NCBI GenBank assembly: GCA_951406725.2
Contig: OX597814.1
Location: forward strand, 38,564,001-38,628,000
Reading direction: 5' to 3'
Source: Octopus vulgaris
Lineage: Eukaryota
DNA: 64,000 nucleotides
Each line of letters starts with the position of its first letter. The first letter of the stretch is position 1. A program made the position numbers and the translations under genes. Positions 30,980 to 44,891 of this stretch are shown here, one piece after another. The notes under the pieces were generated by a model. The model worked only from the letters and a program-made list of their open reading frames with translations. It did not search any database and had not been told where the DNA came from.

Positions 30980-31139
30980 TACGACGGGCTTCTTTCAGTT
31001 TCCGTCTACCAAATTCACACACAAGGCTTTGGTCGGCCCGAGGCTATAGTAGAAGACACTTGCCCAAAGTGCCACGCAGTGGGACTGAACCCGGAACCAT
31101 GTGGTTGGTAAAGAAGCTACTTACCACACAGCCACTCCT
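30980..31139 (-). mobile_element. tRNA-derived SINE head (octopus-type)
   Basis: Minus strand A box TGGCTGTGTGG and B box GGTTCAGTCC; homologous to other copies in the window. Confidence 0.85.
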
Positions 31140-31147
31140 TATATATG

Positions 31148-31211
<64 letters not shown>

Positions 31212-31435
31212 GAGAGAGAGATACTTCTCTGCTTTGCTTCAGACATTTGACTGCAGTCCTTGTGGCACACACCGCCTTTAGTGGAACAAATGGAACCCAG
31301 GTCTTCTATTGTATAAGCCTAGAAATTATTATATTGGGCCTTTTGCCGAAATGCTATGTTTCGGGGACACCAACATCAGTTGTCAATTGAATGTGACAGA
31401 CACACAATAATTGTTTTATATATATATTTTTGTTT

Positions 31436-32190
31436 TATTATTTTACTTATTTCCGTCACATGACTGCGGCCATTCTGGATAACTGCCTAAAATGTTCTAG
31501 AGGAAGATATCAACTTGTAAGCCTAGTACATATTCTCTCGGCTACTGTTGTACGACCGAATATTTACCGGGACGTAAACACACAACTACTGGTTGTCAAA
31601 CAATAGTATAGACGCAGGAGAGGCTGTGTGGTAAGTAGCTTGCTTACCAACCACATGATTCCGGGTTCAGTTCCACTGCGTGGCACCTTCGGTGAGTGTC
31701 TTCTACTGTAGCCTGAGGCCGACCATAGCCTTGTGAGTGGATTTGGTAGACGGAAACTGATAGAAGCCCGTCGTATAAGTGTATATATATATATATATAT
31801 ATGTGTGTGCGTGTATGTTTGTGTGTCTGTGTTTGTCCCCCTAGCGTTGCTTGACAACCGATGCTGGTGTGGTTATGTCCCCGTCACTTTGCGGTTCGGA
31901 ATAAGAGACTGATAGAATAAGTACTTGGTTTACAAATAATAAGTCCCGTGGTCGATTTGCTCGACCAAAGGCGGTGTTCCAGCATGGCCGCAGTCAAATA
32001 ACTGAAACAAGTAAAAGAGTAGAAGAGATATATTAATATATATGACGGGCTTCATTCTGTTTCCGTCTACCAAATCCACTCACAAATTTTTTAATCGGCT
32101 TTAGGCTACGGTAGAAGATACTTGCCCAAAGTGCTGCACAATGGAACTGAATCCGGAAGTATGACTAGGATGCAAGCTTCTTACCACACA
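31436..32190 (-). mobile_element. Degenerate SINE split by the 31611 insertion (tail 31436-31605, head 32043-32190)
   Basis: Minus-strand tail ..ATGGCCGCAGTCATGTGACGGAAATAAGTAAAA on the left, decayed head on the right. Confidence 0.65.
31611..32028 (+). mobile_element. Full-length tRNA-derived SINE with internal TA/TG microsatellite and LINE-like 3' tail
   Basis: A/B boxes at ~31621-31673; tail GGCGGTGTTCCAGCATGGCCGCAGTCAAATAACTGAAACAAGTAAAAGAGTA from 31970. Confidence 0.88.
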
Positions 32191-33724
32191 AACTTGTACT
32201 TGTGTGTATGGGTGCTTTGGTATGAGGGTACGTGTATTATGTGATTCTCTATGCATGTATGTGTATATAACTTGTAACGTATCTGTACGTTTATTTATGT
32301 GTTGAGAGTTTTTTATTGAGCTTCTTAGAGAGCATATATTATGAATTTATTTATGCAAATACTTTAGGGCAATGCAGTAGACTTATAAGAACACGGGTAG
32401 GAGTGATACAATCAATAATGTGAGCAGGAAATGTGAAATTAATTTAAATTTCCCTGCTATGTAGAAGTTGTAAGCACAAATCTAGCGATAAAATTAGCGT
32501 ATCTGAAAGAGAAATCTAATAACAAGAATTAAAAATTAATTTCACCTAATTTATTTACATGCTTAGAGGTAGTCTGGTCTTTATAGCCGATAGATGAACC
32601 ATCGACATGTTTAGGATTTAATCATCATCATCAACAGATTTTACACAAATTAAAGCGAACTTTGATAATTCGATAAAACGTAACAAGTATTAAAGATTTA
32701 CGTCGGGTATTTGGCTATTGTTAATTTACATAATTGATGAAACAAATGTCTTATGGAAAATAAATCAAATGAGACAATACCAGAATTTTTAAAAAGAAGC
32801 TAAGAATGACCTAATATATGACTCACGGCATGACTCTCAAATAATTATAATTTCTTTCTTATTAAGAGACAACTTCCAAATATTTACTAGTGATCGTAAA
32901 GAAAAAGGGTGATATTCTCAAGTAATTACGAAACAATTTTATACAATATATATTTGCAAGGAAAGACTCATCGATAGAAAGCTTTACATGCAATAACAAT
33001 AAATATTTTTTTTTATAAAGACCAGCAGAACTAATTCCCAGAATAAGTGGAATAATTTATTCTTTAAAATAAATTGTTTGAGGTGAACTATTGATCAAAG
33101 ACAACGAAATTAAAACATATGTGTGTGTGTGTATGTATGTGTGTGTGTATGTGTGTGTTTGTGCAATTATTTGAGGCTATATTTAAAAAAATGATGATTT
33201 CAGCAGATAGTACATTCCTACTTAGAAAAGAATGAAGTAGTTATTGCTTATAAACTAAAAGGATCCTGTATTTTTTTTTATCTTTGTGAGATAAGATTTG
33301 GAAAAATATATAACTGATCATAAATGAAAAAATAGAATTTAAACCAAAAATATTTTACTTTTTAAGAGACGAACGCTAAAGTTATAATCGATATATTAAA
33401 TGCATTTGCGAAAAACGAATGAAATACAATATTACTCAAAGTGAAGGTTTTAAAACCATACAGGGAGACGCAATTCAATATTTAGACTGAAGCTTTCTAA
33501 CTAAATATTATATTCTGAAATATGCCGTGTGCCAAATTCTATTAAGTTTGAATTCGTTTGTGACTATCCAATGTATTATATGCAAATCTGAACTCCTTTA
33601 AACTACAGCTATATTTCCTATCTCTTAAAGTTGTTGCAATCAATGTGTGTTTCCAAAAGCTACCTCAGAATTCTTTTTACCCATTAGATTTCGTAGGTCC
33701 TTAATTACAATTTCTGAGGAAAGC

Positions 33725-35005
33725 AAATGCTGGGTTTTTATCTAAAAGCCGCCTGCAAAAAATCAAGCATATGTTATTCATGGATGACCTGAAAATTTAT
33801 GGTAAGGATTAAGCTCAAGTTAGTTCCTTGGTTGATATGGTGTATACCTTTAATGCGGATATTAGAATGGACGTCGGACAGACAAATTGTGGTGTGTTAG
33901 TCTTCAACAGAAGCAAATCAAATGTATGAACGAACTGTCAATACCAATGAAGCAGATAGAAGATACGGGCTATAAATACTTCGGGATTTTGGAAATGGAT
34001 AAATAGATGGCGAAAGAAATGAGAGAAACATTTAAGGTGGAGTACTTTCGCAGACTGAAAGTGATTCTTAAGTCGAAATTAAATGGATGGAAAAAGTCAA
34101 AGCTATCAACACCTGAGCGATTTCACTCCTTAGATATGGAGTAGGTGTAATCGCATGGATAGTAGACGAACTAAACGGCTTAGAGAAAAACAAGGAAGCT
34201 GTTAACTAGACATGGGACACTACATCCAAATGATCGTACAGACAGACTGTATGTACCAAGAAAAAGAGGTGGATGAGGACTTATTGGATGCGAACAAAGC
34301 ATTAGAGCAGAAGAAAACATGGTATGTAAAAAATGCCACAGGAACGCTATTATTAGAATTAGTATGGCCAGGCCTGTGTAGGATGAACGATTGCAAAGAA
34401 AGAGCACTATACAAGAAATTGTAAACGAATGAAACTGAAAATAGGTGGATATAGAAAAGAATGCATGGACAATTTCATAGGGATGATTTAGATAAGACAG
34501 AGAAAAAAAGATGGTTGTGGATGACTAACTTTAAATCCGGAAACGTTGGCTGTAATCTGTGCTGCCCTAGAGCAAGCACTAAGAACAAACTACATAAAAT
34601 GCAGAATAGATAACACAGCAGAAAATGATAAGTTCAGAATCTGTAGACAAACCGTGAAATCTTATGGCAGATTTCAGCGTTGAGATTTTAGAGATAGCAC
34701 ACGTTAACTTGCGGATTTAAGCAGTTGTGGTCGATGAAAAGGGTAGCAGTAGTACCAATAATTGCCGGAGCCTTGGGAACAGTGAGCAAAAATCTCGAGA
34801 ATTACGTGGAATGAATGGAGGCTGAAATAAGGAGGGAGGACTTGCAGAAAACATCACTCCTTGGAACCGCTCGAATTCTCTGGCAGGTGCCCGAAAAATA
34901 AGAGGTTTTCCCTTAGTTCACTGGTAGTGGACAGCTGCCACTGTAGTACATCTCGAGCGTTAGAAAATGTGCAAAGGCAGTAACACCAATAATAATAATA
35001 ATAAT
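33725..35005 (+). mobile_element. Decayed R4/Dong-like LINE ending in (TAA)n
   Basis: Broken frames with LFMDDLKIY, YKYFGI, ILKSKLNG, DRLYVPRKRGG, MHGQF, EQALRTNYIK, VPIIAGALGTV, LQKTSLLGTARIL; (AAT)n at 34988-35005. Confidence 0.85.
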
Positions 35006-35353
35006 CATGAGCAGTAGTGGAGGAGCATCATAGTCTTGTATTGAGAAGGATTCTTTGGGGTTTCAATAATTCAGCTCTGGAAACATGAGTGTTTCGTTCA
35101 ACATCCTTAAACAACCCTTATTCAGGGACCTTTTGTGCGGGATGGGCTACTCGGCCAGAACAAAATTTTAACTGAGCCCCTCCTTCAAGGCCATGTGCTG
35201 TTTATCTTGTTATGAGATCACCATGTCGCGCGCATATGGTTATGATGCATGTGCTTGGTGTACCTTTATCAGACGGGTAGTCATGATGGGTATACTGGGC
35301 TTCGTATATTTTACGCCAGTGTCACTTTGATGACATGCGCTGTACTTTCACTC
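35006..35353 (+). repeat. ~550-bp TAA-associated interspersed repeat, 5'-truncated copy
   Basis: Homologous to 49433-49968, 51262-51773, 51796-52350 and 54796-55289; ends ..CACTC+(AAT)n. Confidence 0.8.
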
Positions 35354-35394
<41 letters not shown>

Positions 35395-35740
35395 AGATGA
35401 TGATAATAATAATAATGATGATGATGAGAATAATAATAATAATGATGGTGATGAGAATAATAATGAGAATAATAATGATGATGATGATGAGAATAATAAT
35501 GATAATAATGATGATGATGAGAATACTAATGATAATAATGATGATGATGATGAGAATAATAATGATACTAATGATAATAATGATGATGATGATGAGAATA
35601 ATAATGATAACAATAATAATAATGATGATGATGAGAATAATAATGATAACAATAATAATAATGATGATGATGAGAATAATAATGATAACAATAATAATAA
35701 TGATGACGATGATGACCACAACAACAGCAACTATAATAAT
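35354..35740 (+). repeat. Compound (AAT/GAT)n microsatellite with 30-36-bp higher-order units
   Basis: Repeated GAGAATAATAATGATAACAATAATAATAATGATGATGAT-like units. Confidence 0.9.
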
Positions 35741-35914
35741 ACCAAATCGGCATATATGCTAACTGGTATGAACATCATCCTGATCCAGTCGTTGAAAGTA
35801 AAAATTTACACAGCCTGTGGGGTTTTCCAGTCAATATTGAAAGAGCGATCGAGGCAAATCATTCAGACATAATTATCACAAGCGAAGAATCTATTTGTAA
35901 ACTAATGTATGTTT

Positions 35915-36059
35915 CCTTCTTTATATTACAATTGACGGATATTTGTCCTCATCTTCTTTGTTGTTAACACAACGTTTCCGACGATATACCCTCCTGACTT
36001 CATCAGGTGTCTTGGGGAACTTTCGAACTTGGTTTCAAAATTTCCCCAAGACACCTGAT
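35915..36059 (-). mobile_element. Penelope-like terminal-repeat remnant with a degenerate minimal hammerhead and inverted duplication
   Basis: Minus strand GACAC-CTGATGA-..-GAAA-CG-TT-GTGTT (35966-36011); 18-bp inverted repeat 36002-36019/36042-36059. Confidence 0.55.
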
Positions 36060-36592
36060 AGTGAGTTCTTTTAAATATAGAACTGTATTAATATATGTAA
36101 GTGTCTCTATTGATAAAAAATACATCTCCAAAGGAATTTGACAAAGTTAGTACATATAGGGATCAGTAGAGTTAAAAACAAGTGATGTGAAACCTTAAAG
36201 CAAAATGTCATCTTGTTATTGTATGTGCCATAAGTATGATAAAAAAGGGATGTCAGAGACATTTAGACAATATTCCCAGAGAACAATATCTCAAGGAAAT
36301 CCAAAATCTTCTCTCACCTATTCCAAACCCATCCTTAGAAAAAAACTATATATTTAAATGTTTGTGTTGTATTATATTGAGTTATTTCTCTACCACCGTA
36401 ACTACTTCTTTTGGCCAGGCTTTCACTTATATTTCAATATCTCAACCAATCTTTACTTGCCCTCCAGTAATACTTTTAATATCTTCATTATAAATTCACT
36501 GAAGGGGATCATTCCCAGCATAGAGATCAGTAGCATACCCCTTGGAAGTTCCTCTCTTGATTTTTACGCCTCCTAATACCAAATTCTCTGCA

Positions 36593-37245
36593 GTTAATTC
36601 AGTTCTCCAGTGGACGAAACCATTGCTCATATCACAAAACGAATGCCCTGGATATGCCAAAACCACTACAAGGTGTGGCGACAGGATGAGGTAGCAAAAG
36701 TGCTACATGAAAACAGTGCGAAAACTGGGAGGTTACAGAGAAGCAATACGTTGTATGAGCACAAATCGCAGAGAGTGGCTGTGTCAGAGACTTGCAAAAT
36801 CCTCCCTGGCTTCCACATACAAACCGATCAGGCACCATAGAATAACAGACCGGGTAAAATGATGGTCGACAAGATTCTCCGCGTGTACTATATTGTTCTG
36901 TGCCCCTTTAACCCACAAATAGCCAAGAAGGGAGGCAAGAAAATAGTTAACCCCTCTTAATTACAAAATAACCTCGGCTATGGAAGCTGAAGAAGGTGAA
37001 GACAATTCCAAATAGTGTTGGTTTGTTGGGAACAGTATCAAAAGGCATCAAGAGGAATATAATTGAAATCCGAATAGAGTGCTTAGTAGAACTTTAACAA
37101 AACTTTTGCCTTCTTGGGACGGCCAGAATAATTAGGAAAGTATTAGTTGAAAAGAACAAATAGCGTGGTACCGTGGGCTCCAGGCAGCAATGCCACTACA
37201 CACGCATGACTCCAAGAGTTCCAACAAAACCTGTGATAAATATAA
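36593..37245 (+). mobile_element. Decayed R4-like LINE 3' fragment ending in (AAT)n
   Basis: DEVAKVLH, FHIQTD, NRP, GLLGTVSK and LLGTARIIRKVL-like remnants. Confidence 0.7.
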
Positions 37246-37346
37246 ATAATAATTATTATAATAATAATTATTATGATTATTATTATTGTTATTATTATTA
37301 TGATTATTATTATTGTTTTTCCTTAGGTTCTCTCACTCTCTCATTT

Positions 37347-37383
<37 letters not shown>

Positions 37384-40300
37384 TTTCCCTGTTTTGTTGT
37401 TTTGCAGCCGGATCATTTATATTTAATTTCATTATTCTCAAAGCTTGCTTCCAAATGATTTTATATGCAGACATTTACCTATATGCGATTGCATATATGG
37501 CGTAGTATTATTCATTTTCTTTATAACGTTAACTTTTCAAGAGCGAAGTATTAACATTCCAGCAACCTGATATATTTCAGTGCAACGTGCACATAATACT
37601 TAAAAGTGCAACCTCCCTCTTCCAACGTATTTAGGTATTGACTTCACACAAAAAACTTTAGATTGATTTCAATAGTATTAAAGAATAATTCTTTCTTATA
37701 TTATACCATAATGAAACCATTGTGTTAACACAGTACGCAATTGACTCAGAAATCGGTAATATATTTTCGAAATATTGTAGAGCGTTTTACAAAGGTTTCC
37801 TGCTTCCAAGCCAGTTATTTTTAAATAGAAATCACGTTCGAAGTTATTCGGTGTATTTAGATCGGAATTAAGAATAGTGACATGAAAATATAAACAACAT
37901 TTTGGCAGACGACGAAATTCTTCGTTCAACATTTTTGAATGGAAAAGAACAGCAGATATCCTTCGGCGTTTCTTATGATATTCATCAATTTCAATGATAT
38001 AACTGTTCCAATGTAATTCGTCGTGGAACTAAATATGAAAATTTTAGTTATCCTTAGAAATGAAATAGTGCGGTTGACTAGAAATATGAGCAATCGTTTG
38101 TATTCTCCAGTAACTCTACAAACACCTCATACTTGTAAACATATGAGAATAATTCGTTTCAGATGTCGTTCGTATTTCTGTTGTCTATTCCAGTTTCTGT
38201 TTCTTCAATTTACTGCACCTGGTATAGTGAATAATTTCAAGTTCGCTATATACTTGTGGATACCCATATCAAAGTCATCCATTAAATGATGGAATGTCTA
38301 CTTAAGATATTTTCATGGCTCAAATAATGATTTAGTCCGTTGTTTAAAAAGTGGTGCTGTTTTTGGCAGCCTACGTTTTAAACTGATATTTCAATGGTTA
38401 ATTTGTAGAGATGGTAGGGAATACATCACTTTGTCAATGATGAGTAAAATATGTGAAGTATCAGGAACAAGTGTATAATTTTATCCCCATGGGACAAGAA
38501 GTGTAGTAAGCATAAGACTTTTGGATGTAATACATATCTTAGAGAAATTTCCAGCTGTTTCTCTCAAATTAATGTTATTAACCGAACTTTCACTTCACAA
38601 TTTGGAGATGGCAGATTTTCTATTGCAGTGTTATATTTCATTTGCATGAGCTTTCAAATTATATATATTTCGTTATTGATAACGAATTTTGAGCGAATGT
38701 AACTGACTAATCTTTAATATTTCTGATATCAATTTGCTGCTTGAATATCAGCACTCACAAATTGATATTTCTTTTACATTTGCACAACCAGATATTGCAT
38801 GACTTAGATGGTTTGTACCAGGTGTATTCATTATATTTTAAGTGCTTAAAGAATATGTATTGCATGTTATAAATAACACATTACGTATAATGTCCGTTTT
38901 ATCGTTGCATTTAAGTACATATTCTTTTTGGTAAATGCAACAAGGCTGAACATTTTAAATTTCTATCATTATAAACATAGAATATTGTTCTTTTACAGGC
39001 ATTTTTTATCGATAAACAGCATACATGTAAATAGTATTTTATCCATAGAAAGCGTGGATATATTTTCCTGCACCGAGCAAAAACGTGGAGGTGAATCTTT
39101 AACATATTTGAGTGGGGTGATATTTTAGTTTCAGGATTTCTGTCGAAAAGTGGTCTAACGTGTTTTATTTTTAATCATATATAGCCTACACTATGCCACT
39201 CTCCACTTAACTAAGTTAAGGAAAAGGTGGACAAATTATGGAGTAACTCAGAAAAGGGAATGCGTGCAGTTAGCCAGCTTATAAACTAAGCAATGGAATG
39301 TGGTAACAAACGAATAAACATGCATATTATTGTCGCGCAATTGTTGATAATTACTCATTTGAAGCTCTCGATATGAAAATATAGCATCTATTGTTCGTAA
39401 TTAACTTTAAAATTACTTTATTTTATGTTCAAACATTATCATTAAATCCGCAGATTGACAACGGAAAAATATTAAGGGCCATACTTCTGCGTTTGTTCCA
39501 TCATAACATGATATTTCATGAAATTAGTTAATCATAAACAAATGTGTTTATAATATAAGAAAAAAATATTTTCTTACATTTAAGAATACAACATAATTTA
39601 GATCATTTTTCCTTCAAAAACTATTCACATTTAAATCGCTTCATGATTTCATTTTCGAAATGTTTTTGAATGTTGAACAAAGAATAATTTTCGGGTACTG
39701 ATTTCTTTTCATTTGAATATAGGCAGCAGGACTACAATACATGTCGCGCCCCTAATGTGGCGTATTTTAGTTTCATAGATATATTACAATCATGGAAATT
39801 TTAGAAACGAATTTCACTATTACTGTATTGTTAAATATATTCACAAACAATATTTGGTTATTTGAAGGTTTTTGCTCTGTGACTCGATTATATAAATCGA
39901 TCGATGATACATAGTGCAAAATACATATTTTGGCGTAATGCAGTACCTGACCGTGGACCTTGATATTCTGAATAAAAAGATCTAGTAATTAAAATTCTGA
40001 AAGAGCTATTTTAGATAAAGAGAAGGTACATATTGTCAAGATATTGGCTGTTATTTATATAATGGATAGTGAATACTTATTTGAATATGTTTAAATGTGC
40101 TTCATTAATTATATATGAGATTGAGAAAACAGAAAAACGATAAAAGCCTATTCCGTTAGACATCAAGACAGTTAAATTACATTTAGCATTATATTACACA
40201 TACTTGCATCCAGAAATTCAATGTATTTATTTCAAATCTATATTTAAAGATATACTCCGATAATCTGCTGTTCATCTACTAAATTCTTCCAACTATATTT

Positions 40301-42582
40301 AATATCACTTCCATCATATTATGTCATTATTATGTTGCATGATGCATCGGGAAGCAGAATATATTATATCATATAGCGTGCAAATTCAAATGATATATGG
40401 AAATGTATAACAATCTAAATAAATGTTTGATGTGGGAGCTCGCTAAAAATAAACAACGTTCACAATATATTATTATTGTACATTATTGTACAGAAAAAGG
40501 AATATATTGTGAATTACTTCAACATACACACACACAAATACGCAAACGCACACACACACCACACACACATATGAATTTCCATTAACGGCTGAATAAATAT
40601 ATAATTTAAATAATATATTGCGTAAAGTAACTCGAGTAAATTGACACTTTATTTCATTTATGTCATTAACGAATATATAATTTTAGTGTTTGCATCTCAT
40701 GTCAAGATGAATAACGTTTGATATGATGTATTTGTTTTTTTTTACATTTCTAAGGTCACTCTGATATGAGATTTCTTCGTTATTATTACCTCCAAAGGAG
40801 GAAAATTTAATCGGGATATGCATATTCCCTGTCCTGAAAAATCATGCTGCTGCTTGGTTAAGCTGAGAAAACACAGCAGCTCATCAGAATCTTGTCATAA
40901 CAATGGTGACACTTAGAAATATTTCCTGTACCTGTAAAGTAAGAGATAAGTTAAAAAGTAATGTTACTAATGGAATAAAAAATAATAACAACTTCATGTC
41001 CAGCGTCAATTTCTGTAAATATGCGTTCAAAGCAATCTGATGCTAGGCAGAGATATGGTATGAACAAAAAACTATGACAGTTTTTAAATACCGAAATTGA
41101 CTTGTGCACTCCGTTTGAGATTTAGGTATAATATCCACAGTGAAAATTTATTTTACTGAAATATTTCTAAGGGAGCGTACAAGTAAATATGGCGAAATAC
41201 AAAATCCGGTCAACATTTTCATATATATGGAATTGTATGAAATATCCATAATGATATTCATATGACGGGACACTATCTTAGGGGGAAATAAGTTGGTTAG
41301 ATGGTCATCTTAAACAAATGGTTATTGCAATAAATAGTTTTCAGTTTTGTCTCCATTATTTCCATATATGAAACTTTTCTTCATCAAATTATTGCATTAT
41401 AAATATCTGTCTCTGTAACATACGTTTCTCCATAAATAAGTACAAAATTACATTTTCACTAAAATATTGATTTACACCTTAAACTGTTTTTGTATAAGCA
41501 GTCCTTATTTTATATATTTGCTCTAGTTACTGCACAATATTATATTTTTATTTCCATATAGATATGTGTATATATTTGCGTACGGCTGTGTGTGTGTGTG
41601 TGTGTGTTATTTCTATATAGTCTATGATTTTGCCTACACACATTGTGATATATCTAATATTCATAACTTCCTGTGAAACTATTCTCATTACTAAATATAT
41701 TTAATTAAATATGCTTGTCTTTAGTTAAAATAAACTTTTCCTGTGCCTACATTAAACTTGCTTATTCATAAGTCCTGATATTTTCTTGTTCTAATTATAT
41801 TTTGTTATTTTATTTTCCTTAATTTGCGAAAGGCGCAATCTTTGACGCACAAATTACTATCTTAGTACCTGGGGAGGACTTACTTCAAAGTCATTGTTCT
41901 TCTCAGTAGAAAAGACTATGTTTCATTACTATTGTATTTCAATTTTAATAATTTATAAGGTGCGAACGTTTTTGATTTTTATTGGAAATTATTATATTCT
42001 GATAGTAAGGGGACATCTTTTGTTTTTATTCGTTACACAGGAAGTAGGGGGAGCACTTTTTGTCACGAATTCTCAAGGCAGTCATCTACCTTCAGTAGAG
42101 TCAAATAAGGGCCCCACACTGCATCGTCAATGACTCATTTCAATGTTTCTTTCTAGCAATTGCTTTGCTCGTATACGACATAGAAGCTACTATAAAATAG
42201 CTGTCTTAACTGACGAGGCAACACAATTTTCCAAAATTGACACGTCAGTATTGTGAATTCTCAATCGGCGCACTTTTCACGGGATTTTATGGTCCCTCTT
42301 AGCGTATCTGTTTTCATTCATGTTTGTGAGTGCGTGTGTATATGTGTATGGATATTTATATACATACAGCCTGAAGAGTAGCTTACGGTCTACACACGTT
42401 TGAATAATATAAATCTTCCGAGGTTCCGCTAGCTATGAAACACACAGGCACACCGACAGAGTGATACACACACATATGCTTAAATACGTACGTACATATA
42501 TAAGTGTGTGTACGTTTGTATTTCAGAATGCATGTACATATATTTTTATATACATTCATGCAGAAACACACACACTCACACA

Positions 42583-42668
<86 letters not shown>

Positions 42669-43289
42669 AATACATGTGCGCGCCCGTGTGCGAGTGCGTT
42701 TCTGTATGCATATATATTACATACGTATTTGTAATATATATATATATATATACTTGATTTCTTATTTAAAAATAAATTATGACGAGGGAAAAGAAAACAT
42801 TAACTTACCAATGACCGTTTTTCATAAGCTTGAACTATAAGTTCATTTCAGTAATATTTTATTGACGTACAAAACAAAACCATCTACTAACACAACCAAA
42901 TAAATAAAATACACGCGAACAAGAAATTAAACAAATAAAAGTGTCAATAGAAAATATGAATGAATATACAAGACAAAGTCTGCAGGGCAACTGAGAAATG
43001 GAATCAAAAGCGACAAGCCACGATCCCAGCCAAAAAGGTCAGCCACCGATATTCCACGGGTAGTTTACAAAAGAATAGAAACCAAGAAGAAATAAAACTG
43101 AAAGACTATCTAAGAGGCAATAAAAGCAAACAGACACTGTGGATACAAATGAAGTACGCCGGTGACTATTTGGTTCAAATGTGAAGAGAATACGAAAACT
43201 GAAGAAGCAAAGCACAAATAGATACAAAATATTTGCGTCACTTATCGGATAAAATCACACACAAACACACACACGCATATACACATGTT

Positions 43290-43322
<33 letters not shown>

Positions 43323-43659
43323 ACACGCCCTCAAATATGTATGTAGATGCATGTAGATATATAGTTTTTTTTTATATATAAAATAGTAGTACTTCATAAG
43401 AGTTAGTTGGAAGATTAAGCTGACACGATCCAGCTTCGTGATATTTGCAAAACCTATAAGAGAAAGTGACGTGACATGATACTGAATACAAAATATTTCT
43501 CTCGCTATAAAATGAGCAGTATGACGGGATTTTAAGATAAATATCAACTTCGTTTGCGTTTCAGCGAATAACCAAATGGAACATGCTTTGGTTATTCGCT
43601 GAAGAGTAAACTTTATACAGAACGAACGTTGGGTTTACCGTGTCCGCACAACAAGTACT

Positions 43660-44240
43660 AAGAGTGGTAAAAATCAAACATCCAGTCAATATCATGGTGT
43701 TTGGCGTGATCACTAATGATGGCGATGTTATGCCTCTATTTGTCTTCCCATACGGTCTCATACTCAACATAGATGCCTACATCAAGTTCCTGAAGAACGT
43801 AGAGCAGCTCTGGGTCAAGAGGTTGGCTGATGGAAGACCCCATGTCTGACAACATGACTCCGCACTATAACGCAGAAGCAGGAGTATCCAGTCATCGCTG
43901 TTAGACAATTTGGCCACCACCCAATTCACCAGGGTGCAACGCACTTGATTATTATGTGTGGACCGTCATTGAGCGAGAGACAAAAAGAAAAATTCTTGTA
44001 ACAACAAAGTTGAACTGAAGGCAAGCATTATGACGCATTCACCAACTTAAATGAAGAGACAGTTCTGAAGACTTGCAGGAAGTTTTGAAGTCATCTGTAG
44101 GACGTGATTGAAACCAATGGGGATTTTATTGAATATATTTACTCTTTAGTATTTCAAGATATATTTTACGTAACTTTGGTAAATATGCCTGTAATATCGA
44201 ATGTCATTGTAATTTTCAGTTTTGCGTACGTTAGACTGCA
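43660..44240 (+). mobile_element. Tc1/mariner-superfamily transposase fragment (resembles DD37D/maT type)
   Basis: KHPVNIMVFGVITNDG..QHDSA..PNSP..LDYYVW..IER remnants. Confidence 0.75.
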
Positions 44241-44891
44241 TTTTATTCACTGCACCTACAATGTATATTGTGAAAATAGCAGCCAGAGGACGTCGACAAA
44301 CACAAATTTTCACTGATAAACGTTAATTGAAATCGGGGAAATGAACAGAAATTTTAATCCCCCGTACCAACTTACGAAAAGAATCGTAAGGCAGATATAT
44401 CCTTATCGACACAATATCGACCTTTGTGAAAATGTCACATATTTACCCTTAGCGAGTTTTACTGAATCAATGGACATAGAAACTGTTCATGTCAAACAAT
44501 GCACGCGATTACCGATTTTAATTCCGCAGCAATTTCAAATAGGTATTCGAAGTGAATAACACATAAAACTGCATATAAGGATATTATTGCTTACAACAAT
44601 ATCAATTGGTATAGCATGCGTAAATAATGGTGAAAGTAATACCATATGTTAAAAGATTATTAATTAGTAATTAAGGGTGCTACAAGCGGCACCAGAATTT
44701 TTACACATTGTCCCGCTTTCTATTAATGTCTCAGTGAAAATGTGTGGTTGTAGTCGTTTTCTGGATGCGATTTTTAGCGCGTGGTGCCTCTTGTAATGCC
44801 CTTAATAATTAATTATTACTCGTAGCCCGACGATAGATTAACTGGCTGAATTTTCGAAGTCGCTGTCAAAAATTTTCTTGTTTAAGTATAA

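Noticed and set aside
31611-31690. Functional tRNA gene
   Set aside because: A/B boxes are present but it continues into a SINE body and tail, with multiple diverged copies.
35249-35872. Asn/Asp-rich 207-aa ORF and overlapping poly-I/M/L ORFs
   Set aside because: Products of the AAT/GAT microsatellite.
36095-36350. Possible further LINE crumbs (also ~50140-50330 and ~53240-53720)
   Set aside because: Only faint motif remnants; too decayed to delimit or classify.
37696-38830. Minus-strand stretch with a coding-like look (possible very old hAT-type transposase)
   Set aside because: Many stops; no unambiguous motif or TIR found by eye. A translated HMM search would decide.
42366-42450. Hammerhead-like CTGAAGA-GTAGCT..AGCTAT-GAAAC
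   Set aside because: Stem II is plausible but there is no NUH triplet or stem I partner; at best a decayed remnant.
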